DNA of 46,693 nucleotides from Pseudomonadota bacterium. Lineage in GTDB: Bacteria; Bdellovibrionota_B; Oligoflexia; Oligoflexales; CAIMVM01. The stretch covers positions 1-46,693 of the forward strand of contig JBAXBA010000022.1 in assembly GCA_037142195.1 (NCBI GenBank). The letters are read 5' to 3'. The translations under genes were made by a program, and so were the position numbers. This document shows positions 9,220-19,468 of this stretch, in pieces. The notes under the pieces are model-generated. The model saw nothing but the letters and a program-made list of their open reading frames with translations. It was not told where the DNA came from and searched no databases. The stretch's first letter is position 1; the number at the start of each line of letters is the position of its first letter.

Positions 9220-10929
9220 TTATTTCAAAGTCATGCGGCCGACAGCTTCTAAACTAAATCGATGAGAAACGGTTTCTTTGCCTGATTCATCTAACATATT
9301 GTAATTGGAGTAGTGGAATCCCCCACCCCAATTTATATTTCTCACTACGATGCCTGACAAAACTTGTCCTGACATCTCGCTACCAAAAGCCGAGCGCACA
9401 CTTTTAAATCCGCCGCTGTATCCTACTCGACCTATCGAAAGCGGCATCAAGGAGTATTCGAACTCATAATTGAGTTTCTTGACGGCGACTACAGAACCAC
9501 TCATTCCTAGAAAAACTCCACCCTGAATCAAGTCAAATCCACCGTAAACTTCATCTTCAACACTTTTACCTCGCAAATCAGCTCTAATCCCAGCTGCCCA
9601 GGAGTCCACAAAGGGAACGCCATTCACTTTAGACGTCCAAAAGCTCCTGCCACCTAATCCATAGCCCTTAAAGCTTCCTTTTGAAGTGGACCCAAACCCG
9701 AGTTCAACATCTGCTCCTACTCCGAGGTTTGCCCCAAAAAGCATATTGCCCTTAGCTCCAAAAGTATTTAAAGGAGGAAACAAAGCAAACTTTGACTCGG
9801 TATTTCCTCGCCCCTTAAAGCTCCACATGTCGTGTCCCGCACGCAAATCTAAAGCGCTTAAAAAGCCTGGCATGGAAGCGTCAGCAAAAAAGGGTTTTGA
9901 GGGCGAAACATCGTCATTTTCTCTATTTGAAGCCGCTACGGGTTCACCTCCCCCTGATTCCGTCGGCTTTATCTCCCGCGAAGATCCTGGAAACGACTGC
10001 ACCGGATTTAAAACCGGCTTCAAGGAAGAGGGATCTAAAGGCTTCGTTGCATTAGAGTCCAAATCCTTAACCGTCTCAGGAAGCGGCGATTCACTCTGTA
10101 GCGGCATCACAAGAACGCCCGGCTTATCAAAAACTTCCGCCTTCTTAGCTTCTTCAGCAAAGAGACGGCGACTTAAAATGCCCGAGATTCTGACGCCATC
10201 GCCCACCGAAATGCTACTAGATCTCACTTCAGAAGTGAGTCGAGCGACCGAGACGTTATTTCGTGACTCAATAATGCGGGCCTCACCGACAGGCGCCACT
10301 TGAAACGTCTCCCATGTGCCAAGAATCGGATGAAGAGACTTCACTGAAACCCTAGCTAATTGCACTTGATCCCCTACATGGATGGCCTGTTCAATCCCTC
10401 CAGAAAGGGTAATAAACTTATCTTGGACCGAGGTAATACTCACATCCATGGGAATGCGGTTAAAAAAACGATAGATCAGCTGCTTCAACTGCGCTTTAAT
10501 CTCATCTCGACTGCGAGACTCCACGAGTTTCAAAGGCCAATTTTCAGATTCTTGAAGATACATTTTCATTTCTGGCGACAAAAGCCTTGCCGTGATTTGC
10601 CCATGATCTTGCATCATAACGAAAGAGACATTGAGCAAGACATCCAAGCGGTAGCTTGCTTTTAACTCGTCCCGCCCATCTGGAGTCGACCACAATTCTT
10701 TTACAAGTTCAGGCTCTAAGACCTGAAATCTCTTAGATTCTTCAATGAGTTCCTTAAGCATGGTGTCAGTATCTTCGAAGGGAGCCAATTTAGCCCATTG
10801 ATCTCCCACAAACTGACTGGGTACTACACCCATATGACTTAAGATAGGCATCGTTTCGGCCTGGGACCGAGAGCCTAGAAATAAGCCGAAAATCAAGACA
10901 AATTTAATAATAGATTCCGCCATAGTCAT
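9220..10929 (-). CDS. Secreted protein with an FlgT-C-like domain, Pro/Ser linker and putative C-terminal beta-barrel
   Basis: Signal peptide ending SQA; Gly/aromatic alternating C-terminal half; starts 2 nt after the spoVR stop. Confidence 0.6.
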   Translation of the reverse strand: MTMAESIIKFVLIFGLFLGSRSQAETMPILSHMGVVPSQFVGDQWAKLAPFEDTDTMLKELIEESKRFQVLEPELVKELWSTPDGRDELKASYRLDVLLNVSFVMMQDHGQITARLLSPEMKMYLQESENWPLKLVESRSRDEIKAQLKQLIYRFFNRIPMDVSITSVQDKFITLSGGIEQAIHVGDQVQLARVSVKSLHPILGTWETFQVAPVGEARIIESRNNVSVARLTSEVRSSSISVGDGVRISGILSRRLFAEEAKKAEVFDKPGVLVMPLQSESPLPETVKDLDSNATKPLDPSSLKPVLNPVQSFPGSSREIKPTESGGGEPVAASNRENDDVSPSKPFFADASMPGFLSALDLRAGHDMWSFKGRGNTESKFALFPPLNTFGAKGNMLFGANLGVGADVELGFGSTSKGSFKGYGLGGRSFWTSKVNGVPFVDSWAAGIRADLRGKSVEDEVYGGFDLIQGGVFLGMSGSVVAVKKLNYEFEYSLMPLSIGRVGYSGGFKSVRSAFGSEMSGQVLSGIVVRNINWGGGFHYSNYNMLDESGKETVSHRFSLEAVGRMTLK

Positions 10930-10931
10930 CC

Positions 10932-12428
10932 CTAAGCCTTATCAATGGAACTAGTCTGACCGTCCCAAGAAATCCTCTTTTTTGAGTCCTCAGACCAAGT
11001 TTCGATATGAACCGGTCGATTCCAAATTCGGTGTAAACATTTTAAAGTTTCAATCGCATAATCATGCTTGATCTCTACACCTGAAAACTGATGCGACAGC
11101 AACAACTCGCCCCGATTTTTGAAATTAGCGTCGACAATATCGATAAGCGGCTGTCCGAAATTTGTAATTTGTGACAAAAGCTGCTGCTTTATCTTACCAA
11201 AATCTCGACTTGAAATGACCTGTCGCCCGGTTTTTGGATCTACATCATAAATAAACATCTTCGTTTGATGACAAAAATCTTCATCGAGAAACTCATCTAT
11301 AAACGTAATATCATTATGAAACTTTCGAACTTCAAATATTTTCTGTCGCCCAAGACCTGCATGGGTATTCCACTCACGTCTCACCTTGGGATCATCGCAA
11401 TTTATATAATCAATGCCAAATTTTCCTTCGTCCCATCTTTTTTCCACATGCCTCAGAAGTTCTACGCCCAGTTTATAGGGATTAAGTCTGCCGCCGTGGG
11501 TTGCCACGACTCCCGCATAATGATCGCAATAGTCAACAATCTCAGACTCATTTAGAGGAGCCAACTGAGTCATCATTTTTGAGTGCCAGTAGGTCGCCCA
11601 ACCTTCATTGATGATCTTTGTCTGTCCTTGGGGCGCAAAATAGTAAGCTTCATCTCTTATGATTTCCAAAACTCTTTTCTGCCAAGTGGAAATAGGGGCA
11701 TAGTCGATTAAAAACTTCAAAACATCGCGTTCAGCTTTCTCAGGAAAATTTTTCTGCTGATCAGCCTCATTTTGAATTTTTACCTTTTGGGCTTCCAAGA
11801 AATCCGCAGGGTTGACATATTGATCCATATATTTTTTAGACTGAAGCTTGCCTGGAATTCTTTTAGCTTCTGACTCCATTTCCTCTAACGACTTCTTTTT
11901 AACAGGTGATTTAAACTGACCATGAATATCAATAAGGTTATCCAAAGCTAAGCAAGTATCGATAAAGGCTTCGACCTCATCATGACCGACATCATTCATA
12001 ATCTTCCGAATTGTAGAACTATGATTTGCCATTTGATCGAGCATTTTTCGATTGGTCTTTGAAAACCAATAGTTATTTTTGAAAAAATCGCAATGCCCGT
12101 ACACATGTGCCATAACTGTCTTTTGATAAACCATTGAGTTCGCTCTCAATAGGTAGGCGTAACAAGGATTCGTGTTGATCACCATTTCATAGATAAGGGA
12201 TAGTCCATAGGTGTAGCTCTTGGAAAGACGCTCATACTCCATACCCCAACGCCAATGGGGATATCTCGTGGGAAATCCGCCGTAGGCTGCAATCTCATTT
12301 AACTGCTGATAGTCTACGACTTCGAAAATGGTCGGAAAACAATCCAGTCCCGCGTTTTTGGCGGCTTCAGCCAGTCTTTCGGCCTCTTCGCGAAGCTCAG
12401 GGGTAAGGGAAGTGTCTCTTTGAGTCAT
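10932..12428 (-). CDS. spoVR: SpoVR/YcgB family protein
   Basis: GFPTRYPHW, IYEMVIN, HVYGHCDFFKNN, TKIINEGWATYWH. Confidence 0.95.
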   Translation of the reverse strand: MTQRDTSLTPELREEAERLAEAAKNAGLDCFPTIFEVVDYQQLNEIAAYGGFPTRYPHWRWGMEYERLSKSYTYGLSLIYEMVINTNPCYAYLLRANSMVYQKTVMAHVYGHCDFFKNNYWFSKTNRKMLDQMANHSSTIRKIMNDVGHDEVEAFIDTCLALDNLIDIHGQFKSPVKKKSLEEMESEAKRIPGKLQSKKYMDQYVNPADFLEAQKVKIQNEADQQKNFPEKAERDVLKFLIDYAPISTWQKRVLEIIRDEAYYFAPQGQTKIINEGWATYWHSKMMTQLAPLNESEIVDYCDHYAGVVATHGGRLNPYKLGVELLRHVEKRWDEGKFGIDYINCDDPKVRREWNTHAGLGRQKIFEVRKFHNDITFIDEFLDEDFCHQTKMFIYDVDPKTGRQVISSRDFGKIKQQLLSQITNFGQPLIDIVDANFKNRGELLLSHQFSGVEIKHDYAIETLKCLHRIWNRPVHIETWSEDSKKRISWDGQTSSIDKA

Positions 12429-12435
12429 AACAACC

Positions 12436-13545
12436 TCACTTTCCTGTGCCTAAGAATATTTTTAGAGACTCCATAATCGCATCACGATCTTTGATTTGAG
12501 CCAAGGTGACTTTGTCGTGATTTTCACCAAAATGCTTGACAAGATCTCTAAGAAACTGACCTGATCCGTATCGACTCTCCACTTGCCCATAGCAAAACAA
12601 GTTAGAAATTGGCAGAATTTTCTCTTCTAATATCTTCATGCATTCTGTCGTGTCGTTTCCTGACCAGTTGTCGCCGTCTGAAAAATGAAAGAGATAGATA
12701 TTCCATTCTGCTGGCTTAAATTCATCTTCAATCATTTTCACGGCCGTACGATAAGCACTAGATATCAGGGTACCACCTGACTCTTTAGTCCTATAGAATG
12801 TGTCTTGATCAACAACTTTGGCTGTGGCATCATGTATAATGTATCGGCGTTCTATTCCTTTGTATTGAGTAGAAAGCCAGGTGTCTAGCCAAAAACTTGT
12901 GAGGCGGACAATTTCCTTTTGTTCATCGCCCATGGACCCTGACACGTCCATCATGTAAATAATAACTGCATTCGCAACCGGCTTATTGATGACTGTGTAG
13001 GAACGATAACGTTTGTCTTCTTTTATGGGGATAATTATCGGATTTTTAGGATCGTAATTCCCCATTGCTATAGAGCGCTTAAGAGCTTCTTTATAGGTTC
13101 TTCTAAAATGATGGAGTGACTCTGGCCCTTGCTTCAAGACACCGGAGTATTTATATTCTTTATCTTCTAAGTTCTCTCTACCTTTGTCTTCGATATTAGG
13201 CAAAGCTAACTCTTCGCCAAGTATCTTAGCCAATTCTTCCATGGAAACTTCAACCTCAAGGTCATGATTTCCCTCTTGGTCTCCAACTTCTCCTTCACCC
13301 GGCTGCGGTTGCCCTTCGCTAGTGTCTTCTCCTACCTCGCCCTTACCTTGGCCCACGCCTTGTTGCTGATTGTCACCAAATGTGAACCGCGGGAGATCGA
13401 TGCGAGGTATCGGAATCGTAACTTGCTTATTTCCCTGGCGACCGATGAGATCGCCAGAAGAAATAAACTTGCGTAGACTAGACTTTATCTTGCCTCGCAC
13501 AATTTTGCGAAATCGATTTAAATCGGATTCCATTTTGGTATACAT
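12436..13545 (-). CDS. yeaH: YeaH/YhbH (DUF444) vWA-like protein
   Basis: [26 protein letters not shown]; lies between prkA and spoVR. Confidence 0.92.
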   Translation of the reverse strand: MYTKMESDLNRFRKIVRGKIKSSLRKFISSGDLIGRQGNKQVTIPIPRIDLPRFTFGDNQQQGVGQGKGEVGEDTSEGQPQPGEGEVGDQEGNHDLEVEVSMEELAKILGEELALPNIEDKGRENLEDKEYKYSGVLKQGPESLHHFRRTYKEALKRSIAMGNYDPKNPIIIPIKEDKRYRSYTVINKPVANAVIIYMMDVSGSMGDEQKEIVRLTSFWLDTWLSTQYKGIERRYIIHDATAKVVDQDTFYRTKESGGTLISSAYRTAVKMIEDEFKPAEWNIYLFHFSDGDNWSGNDTTECMKILEEKILPISNLFCYGQVESRYGSGQFLRDLVKHFGENHDKVTLAQIKDRDAIMESLKIFLGTGK

Positions 13546-13565
13546 TTTTGCCCCCGAGAGCCCAA

Positions 13566-15617
13566 TTACTTGACTGCATTACCGCGTGCAAAAATACTGG
13601 CCACAAAACTAAGTGCGTCACTCGCGCAAATTTCACAATAACCATAATTTTTAATCAGGCGATTCTTAACGACATCAATTTTGGCTTGCGTCTCTTTGTC
13701 AACAATGTTTGAAACAAGGGTCGTTAATTTAATCGTGTCTTTTTGGTCTTCAAAAAGTTTAAGCTCGAGAGCTTTGTGAAGTCTTTCGTTTGTTTTGTAA
13801 TCGAAATGCTTCCCTTCAATCGCCAAAGCGCCTATGTAGTTCATGATTTCTCGTCTAAAATCGTCTTTGCGACTTTCGGCAATTTCGATTTTTTCCTCTA
13901 TGGACCTCATGAGGCGTTCATCAGGTTCTTCATCTGAGCCGGTGTATAGGTTTTTGATTTTTTCCTTTTGAACATAGGCTTTAACATTGTCAATATAGTT
14001 GCCGCACAGTTTATTTATCACGCTCTCATCAGCAGAAATAGCTCTTTGCACTTCATGTTTGACGATGTCTTCATATTCACGTTTGACATCAGAAAGAAGT
14101 TCCTTGTAATGCTTTCTGATTTCCTCATCGTTGATGAGTGAATGAGCTTTAAGACCACCTTCAAGCTCATTCAATAGAATAAATGGATTGAGGCATCCTT
14201 CCCCTTTGTCCACGATGAGTGCGTTTGATATCTTGTCTTGGATATAGCGAGCTGATATCCCATCAAGTCCTTCTCGCATGGCTTCTTTGCGCAGTTCCTT
14301 AATATTGTCTTCCGTGAAATTCTGGGTAGTTTTTCCGTTATACAATTTCAGTTTCTGCATCAAGGTGAGGTTTGCTTTTTTAGGCTCTTCAAGACGTGTA
14401 AGAATGGCCCACATTGCTGCCATTTCAATGGTGTGGGGTGCAATATGGATATGAGGAACGGTCTTAGAATTGTAGCTTTTCTCGTAAATTTTTACTTCTT
14501 GGTCCAGTCGTGTGATATAAGGAATGTCAATTTTTACAGTTCTATCTCTCAGGGCTTCCATGAATTCATTGCTTTGTAGTTTTCTAAATTCAGGTTCGTT
14601 TGTATGGCCAAGAATTAACAGGTCAATGTCGGTTTGAGCAAACTTTTTAGGCTTAACTTTGTGCTCTTGACTGGCTGTCAATAAGTCATAAAGAAAGGCA
14701 ACATCTAGCTTTAGTACTTCAATAAATTCAATGACGCCTCGGTTCGCGATATTGAATTCACCGTCAAAATTGAAGGCTCTTGGGTCGGAATCCGAGCCAT
14801 AGATAGCAATTTTGCGGTAATTAATGTCGCCTGTTAATTCGGTGGAGTCTTGATTTTTCTCATCCTTTGGTTGGAAAGTACCTATACCTATTCGGTCTTG
14901 TTCGGAAAGAACGAGTCTCTTCACTTTGATATGATTTGTAACTAACTTCTCCCAGTCACCTTTATAGTGCTCCATGAGCTTTTTAAATATGAATCGACTT
15001 GGGGGACAAAGCTCACCCTCTATTTGAATCTTGGCGCCTTGTTTGCGGGTTTCATTAATGGCACTCATTAATTTAGCGCGATGTTCAGTAGGGACTAAAA
15101 GAAGGGGCTCTTCATTCATGGGAGAAGGAAACACATCTTCCATCTCGATAATGTCTGCTAGATTAATCCAATCAAAAGCATACAAGGCACCTTCAGGAGA
15201 CCTAGAGTATCTTTCCAAGCCCTTCTTTATAAGGCGAGCGATCGTTGACTTTGAGGAACCTACTGGACCATGCAGCAAGATCACCCGCTTCTCAGTTCCG
15301 TATCGATAGGCCCCGGCTTTAATGACATTAACGAGCTTCATTAAATGAACATCTAAACCAAAGATTGCGTCTTTTCCATTGTCCATAGGGTCGTCGAAAA
15401 AGTTCCAGTGGGTAATTGCTTTCTTATACTCGGAATAAGTCTTTGAGCCATAGGACTCAATCATGTCATAAACCCGTTGAAAAGATGTCCTGGCCACTTC
15501 AGGATTTTTCATGACGAGGTTTAAGTACTCTTTATAAGTACCACTCCAATGCAATTCAGCGTGTTCCTTCTTAAACTCTGAAGTTCGAATCAACTCAAAT
15601 GCTTTATCTGCGTTCAT
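13566..15617 (-). CDS. prkA: PrkA/YeaG family AAA serine protein kinase
   Basis: [30 protein letters not shown] 15617 follows GGGGG. Confidence 0.95.
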   Translation of the reverse strand: MNADKAFELIRTSEFKKEHAELHWSGTYKEYLNLVMKNPEVARTSFQRVYDMIESYGSKTYSEYKKAITHWNFFDDPMDNGKDAIFGLDVHLMKLVNVIKAGAYRYGTEKRVILLHGPVGSSKSTIARLIKKGLERYSRSPEGALYAFDWINLADIIEMEDVFPSPMNEEPLLLVPTEHRAKLMSAINETRKQGAKIQIEGELCPPSRFIFKKLMEHYKGDWEKLVTNHIKVKRLVLSEQDRIGIGTFQPKDEKNQDSTELTGDINYRKIAIYGSDSDPRAFNFDGEFNIANRGVIEFIEVLKLDVAFLYDLLTASQEHKVKPKKFAQTDIDLLILGHTNEPEFRKLQSNEFMEALRDRTVKIDIPYITRLDQEVKIYEKSYNSKTVPHIHIAPHTIEMAAMWAILTRLEEPKKANLTLMQKLKLYNGKTTQNFTEDNIKELRKEAMREGLDGISARYIQDKISNALIVDKGEGCLNPFILLNELEGGLKAHSLINDEEIRKHYKELLSDVKREYEDIVKHEVQRAISADESVINKLCGNYIDNVKAYVQKEKIKNLYTGSDEEPDERLMRSIEEKIEIAESRKDDFRREIMNYIGALAIEGKHFDYKTNERLHKALELKLFEDQKDTIKLTTLVSNIVDKETQAKIDVVKNRLIKNYGYCEICASDALSFVASIFARGNAVK

Positions 15618-15687
15618 GATTTCCCCCTTCTGGCCGTTCATATCCCGTGTTCTTCAGGAATAGGTTCGGGGTCCAGCTATTTCATCA

Positions 15688-15717
15688 ATTTTACTGCGGG
15701 GATTGGTAAGATGTCAA
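15688..15717 (-). promoter_or_regulatory. sigma70-like promoter of the prkA operon
   Basis: Minus strand TTGACA-18 nt-TAAAAT. Confidence 0.65.
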
Positions 15718-15728
15718 AATTCTAGATA

Positions 15729-15757
15729 AAGCTTAGCCCCGAAGGGCCATCAAGCTT
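15729..15757 (-). terminator. Hairpin downstream of prfB
   Basis: Minus strand AAGCTT-GAT-GGCCC-TTCG-GGGCT-AAGCTT (cUUCGg tetraloop); weak U tract. Confidence 0.55.
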
Positions 15758-15773
15758 AAAAAAGTGGCAGATA

Positions 15774-16878
15774 TTACGTTTTTTGGATTTTGGCCACCAG
15801 GGTCTGTTTTATAAAGAGATCTATATCACCATCGAGAACTTCGTCAGGCTGAAATGACTCAAAGTCAGTTCTGTGGTCTTTTACTAACTTGTAGGGATGG
15901 AGAACATACGATCGAATCTGACTCCCGAAGGCGATATCGCTTTTGGTGGCTTCGACTTCCCGTTGCTTTTCACGCCGTTTTTCCATTTCCCGTTCAAACA
16001 ACCGAGCTCGAAGCACCTTCATAGCCGCATCTTTATTTTGATGCTGGGATCTCTGGTTCTGACAGGCTGCAATGATACCTGTGGGTAAGTGGGTAATGCG
16101 AACGGCAGAATCGGTTCTGTTCACATGTTGTCCACCTGCTCCGGAAGCTCTGTAGGTGTCAATTTTAAGGTCTGCAGGATTCAAATCGATTTCCACGGTT
16201 TCGTCGATCATTGCCGTCGCAAAAACCGAGGCAAAACTCGTATGACGACGAGCATTAGAGTCAAAAGGACTGATTCTCACCAGCCGGTGAACTCCAGACT
16301 CTGCCTTCAATAAGCCAAACGCCATGGCTCCCGATACCTGGATTGTCGCGCTCTTAATGCCAGCTTCATCTCCCTCTTGGATATCAATGATTTCCGTTTG
16401 CCAGCCTTTTCTTTCACAATATCGAAGATACATTCGCATCAGCATCGAGCACCAGTCACAAGACTCTGTGCCTCCTGCTCCCGCATTGAATGTTAAAATA
16501 GCATCATTGGTATCTAATTCCCCACTCAGCAAACTTTGCACTTCTAAATCACTTAAAAGCTTTTCAAATTCTGATAAAAGATCGATGGCTTCACTCATAA
16601 AATCAGAACCTTCGCCGGCCAGCTCCAAGGCTGCAGAGGTGTCATCTTTTAAAGCAGCTAGTTTTTGGGTACTGCCTAAAAGATTCTCAAGAGCTTTCTT
16701 CTCTTTTAGGAGCACTCCGGACTCTTTGGGCTTATTCCAAAACTCAGGGTCAGCTAAAATGGTGTCTTCAATGTCCTGCAATCGTTGTTTCTTGCTGGAG
16801 ACGTCAAAGATACCCCCAAACTTGGGAAAATTTCTGGCCGGCTTCGTTAGTCTTTGCGATGAGTGTTCCAATATCCAT
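15774..16878 (-). CDS. prfB: Peptide chain release factor 2 with programmed +1 frameshift
   Basis: ATG 16878 encodes MDIGTLIAKTNEAGQKFSQVWGYL then TGA; the +1 frame continues DVSSKK; SPF and GGQ motifs. Confidence 0.97.
16803..16817 (-). promoter_or_regulatory. RF2 frameshift cassette
   Basis: GGGGG-TAT-CTT-TGA-C: internal SD, slippery CTT and weak stop. Confidence 0.95.
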
Positions 16879-16951
16879 GTTTAAGCCCTTATACTAATAA
16901 TGGTGTTAAGCAGCCTGAAACAATACAGACACTCGCAAGTGAGGACAAGCT

Positions 16952-19309
16952 ATGTTCCACAAGGTCCTAATATGTTTTGTACTAATAGGCTATACTTCTC
17001 TTAGTAGGGCAGCAAGCAGCGATGAAGACATGCGCTCCTGGTACCAAAAGCTCGCCAAGGCCGATTTTAAAACCATTCTCAAAAACTACTCTTTTGTGGG
17101 AGACTTTTCGAGCAAAGCTGAAGAAAGAGACTCCTATCCAGAAGTTTTCTGGAAGTACCCGCTTCGTCTCCCGGAACCTCAATTTGCTCTCACCACAGAT
17201 TTCGGCAACCCAACCGACTATATGCCCGTTCTCAAGGGGTCGTCTCGACTTGTAGAGCATATCAATAGTGGACGCGTCGCCTATTTAAATGGCGACTATG
17301 ATAGGGCCAGAAAAATCTGGCTCACCGCGCGTGAAGAGTTTAAAAACAAAAACCCAAATTCAAAACGTCTTAGTTATTTCATTGGCCTCACCTATCTAAA
17401 AATTGCAAAACTCAGTGAAAAAAATCCTGGAGGCTACCCCCCTGATGTCCTAGAAAAAATAGAAGAAGGATTTTACGCCAATGCGGCGACTTTCCTCAGT
17501 CAAGCCTTCATCAAGGAAAGAGACTTCTCAGATCCTGAAATTGACCAAATGGGGCCAATCATACGTTACAATATTGCGGCGATCTATCACAAGTTTAGCC
17601 GATTCCCAAGTGCCTATTCCACCGCGACAGAAGCCTTAAACCTACTTCGAGATCAAGGGCAAAATAAATATCGTTACGAGCTCCACAGAATCGTAAGCGA
17701 ATCACTGATTATAAATGGCAACTATCTGGACGCAGTTCGAGAGCTTGATGTAGCTATCAGGCAAGATCCCACTGAGAATAATGCTCGAGAGGCTTTTAGC
17801 CGCATGGGTGATGTCTACTTTGGACTGAACAACTATGAAACTGCAGACTATGCTTACTCCCTTGCGATCGCCCTAGATCGCGGGCAAAAGAAAATTAGCG
17901 CGACACAAGCGCTCCTTCAAGGCGAATCCCTATTTTGGGTTGGTAAAATCGACCAAGCGCAGGAGATGCTGCTCTATGGAATTGACGGCGCCAAGTCTGC
18001 AAAGAATCCCGTAGATCCCAACACCCTGGCCTGGGCAAAATTGCGGTTCGCCGACACATGGCTCGCCAAAGCGTCCCTAACGAAAGGCGAAGAACGAAAA
18101 AAATACCTAGAGCACGCTAAATTGGAATATTTCCGTCTGATGAACGACCTACGAGGAAATGAAGTCGCGGTTACAGCAAGTCTGCGTTTCTACTGTGGCG
18201 AACTTCCAGCCTACAATGGCAATAATATCCAACACGCAAGAAGCTACTTAGAGGGTCTTAAAAAAGACAACGTTCTTCCAAGACAGGGGGTAGAGCTTGC
18301 TTGGGCATGCTATGCCAATTCCTTTTCCGAACGCGAACGAAATGAAGAAATGATCGCTAAAGTTACCGAATTCGCAAATCGTTACCCGCGTTCAAAGTTT
18401 TTAGAATCGATGACAAGAGCTGTCAAAGACGTCAAATCTAACTATCTTGGTGAATACCTCAAGGCTGGGGAAAAAGACAAAGCTATTGCCTTCTATCAGA
18501 AATACGGCAATCGACTTTATGGAAAAAAGATTCCACCAGATTGGGCATCTCAACTCTTTACCATTTACTATGATCGCCTAGAGTTCGAAAATGCCGCGAA
18601 TTTCTGGAATGTGGCAGACAGTCAAAAAGTATCAGGAACAGCAGACTTGATTCGGCGAATCTCATGGCTTGAAGAAAAAACAGCCGCCAAGAAAAATGAG
18701 ACTTTAAACAAGAAGTTGAACGTATATCTCAAGGAAGCTAAAAAAATAGACTGGACCAAAGAGGACACCACCTCATTTGACAAATACATTCCTCGGATTC
18801 GTGCCGTAGACACTGATTTTTCTTCAGGCACTTGGATGACCGAAAAACTACTCGCAAAGAAACCCAATTCAGATCAAGTCTGCTCCGAAGTGGTTCCCAT
18901 CCTCTCCAATGCAAGCCAGAAAGAAAAGGATAAAAAAATTCTTTTGAAATGGCGACAGTTTGTCACCCAATTGCTAAATGACCCAAGTTCAAATATCGAA
19001 AATTTAGACGAGTCTTGCCGTACAGTACTCTTTGACTTAGAAGCGGCTATGATTGAAAAAAACGAATCCACTACAGTCCTTGCTGACCTATGGCTGAGCC
19101 GCCTTTCTATGCCTCTAAATACGGCTACCGCTGGCTATCTTTGGGAAGCTTCTGAGCTTTTAGAAAAGGCCCAGCGGAGAGACGATGCCACAAAAATATG
19201 GAAACTCTTGTCTGAATCCAAAGCCCCTTCCCTTGAAGAGTCAAAATGGGCAACATTGAAACTAGATGGCGAAAAGACCCAATATGAAGATCTTTGGAAG
19301 AATAAATAG
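16952..19309 (+). CDS. Large secreted tetratricopeptide-repeat protein
   Basis: Signal peptide (SRA), TPR-like helices such as AFSRMGDVYFGLNNYETADYAY; GAGGA RBS. Confidence 0.75.
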   Translation: MFHKVLICFVLIGYTSLSRAASSDEDMRSWYQKLAKADFKTILKNYSFVGDFSSKAEERDSYPEVFWKYPLRLPEPQFALTTDFGNPTDYMPVLKGSSRLVEHINSGRVAYLNGDYDRARKIWLTAREEFKNKNPNSKRLSYFIGLTYLKIAKLSEKNPGGYPPDVLEKIEEGFYANAATFLSQAFIKERDFSDPEIDQMGPIIRYNIAAIYHKFSRFPSAYSTATEALNLLRDQGQNKYRYELHRIVSESLIINGNYLDAVRELDVAIRQDPTENNAREAFSRMGDVYFGLNNYETADYAYSLAIALDRGQKKISATQALLQGESLFWVGKIDQAQEMLLYGIDGAKSAKNPVDPNTLAWAKLRFADTWLAKASLTKGEERKKYLEHAKLEYFRLMNDLRGNEVAVTASLRFYCGELPAYNGNNIQHARSYLEGLKKDNVLPRQGVELAWACYANSFSERERNEEMIAKVTEFANRYPRSKFLESMTRAVKDVKSNYLGEYLKAGEKDKAIAFYQKYGNRLYGKKIPPDWASQLFTIYYDRLEFENAANFWNVADSQKVSGTADLIRRISWLEEKTAAKKNETLNKKLNVYLKEAKKIDWTKEDTTSFDKYIPRIRAVDTDFSSGTWMTEKLLAKKPNSDQVCSEVVPILSNASQKEKDKKILLKWRQFVTQLLNDPSSNIENLDESCRTVLFDLEAAMIEKNESTTVLADLWLSRLSMPLNTATAGYLWEASELLEKAQRRDDATKIWKLLSESKAPSLEESKWATLKLDGEKTQYEDLWKNK

Positions 19310-19399
19310 AAAATATCCAATAACTGAAAAAAGTCTATTGATACTAGAAAGTTAGCTAAATATTTTCGGACTCTTCAAGCACAATTTCTTGGAAAAAAC

Positions 19400-19427
19400 T
19401 AAGTTGCATTCTAGATGGAGACGAAAA
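19400..19427 (+). promoter_or_regulatory. Possible sigma28 (FliA) promoter of the MCP gene
   Basis: TAAG-16 nt-GACGAAAA versus consensus TAAA-N15-GCCGATAA, upstream of a chemoreceptor gene. Confidence 0.35.
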
Positions 19428-19468
19428 TCCTGGAGAACCTTTACGTATTGAATCTTTAGGGGACACCG

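Noticed and set aside
9686..10303. Long antisense ORFs (also 16324-16884, 34317-34802 and similar)
   Set aside because: Shadows of coding genes on the opposite strand
16810..16871. ORF-track prfB N-terminus MEHSSQ...
   Set aside because: Wrong frame; explained by the programmed frameshift
19390..19410. sigma54 promoter before the MCP gene
   Set aside because: GG to GC spacing is too long
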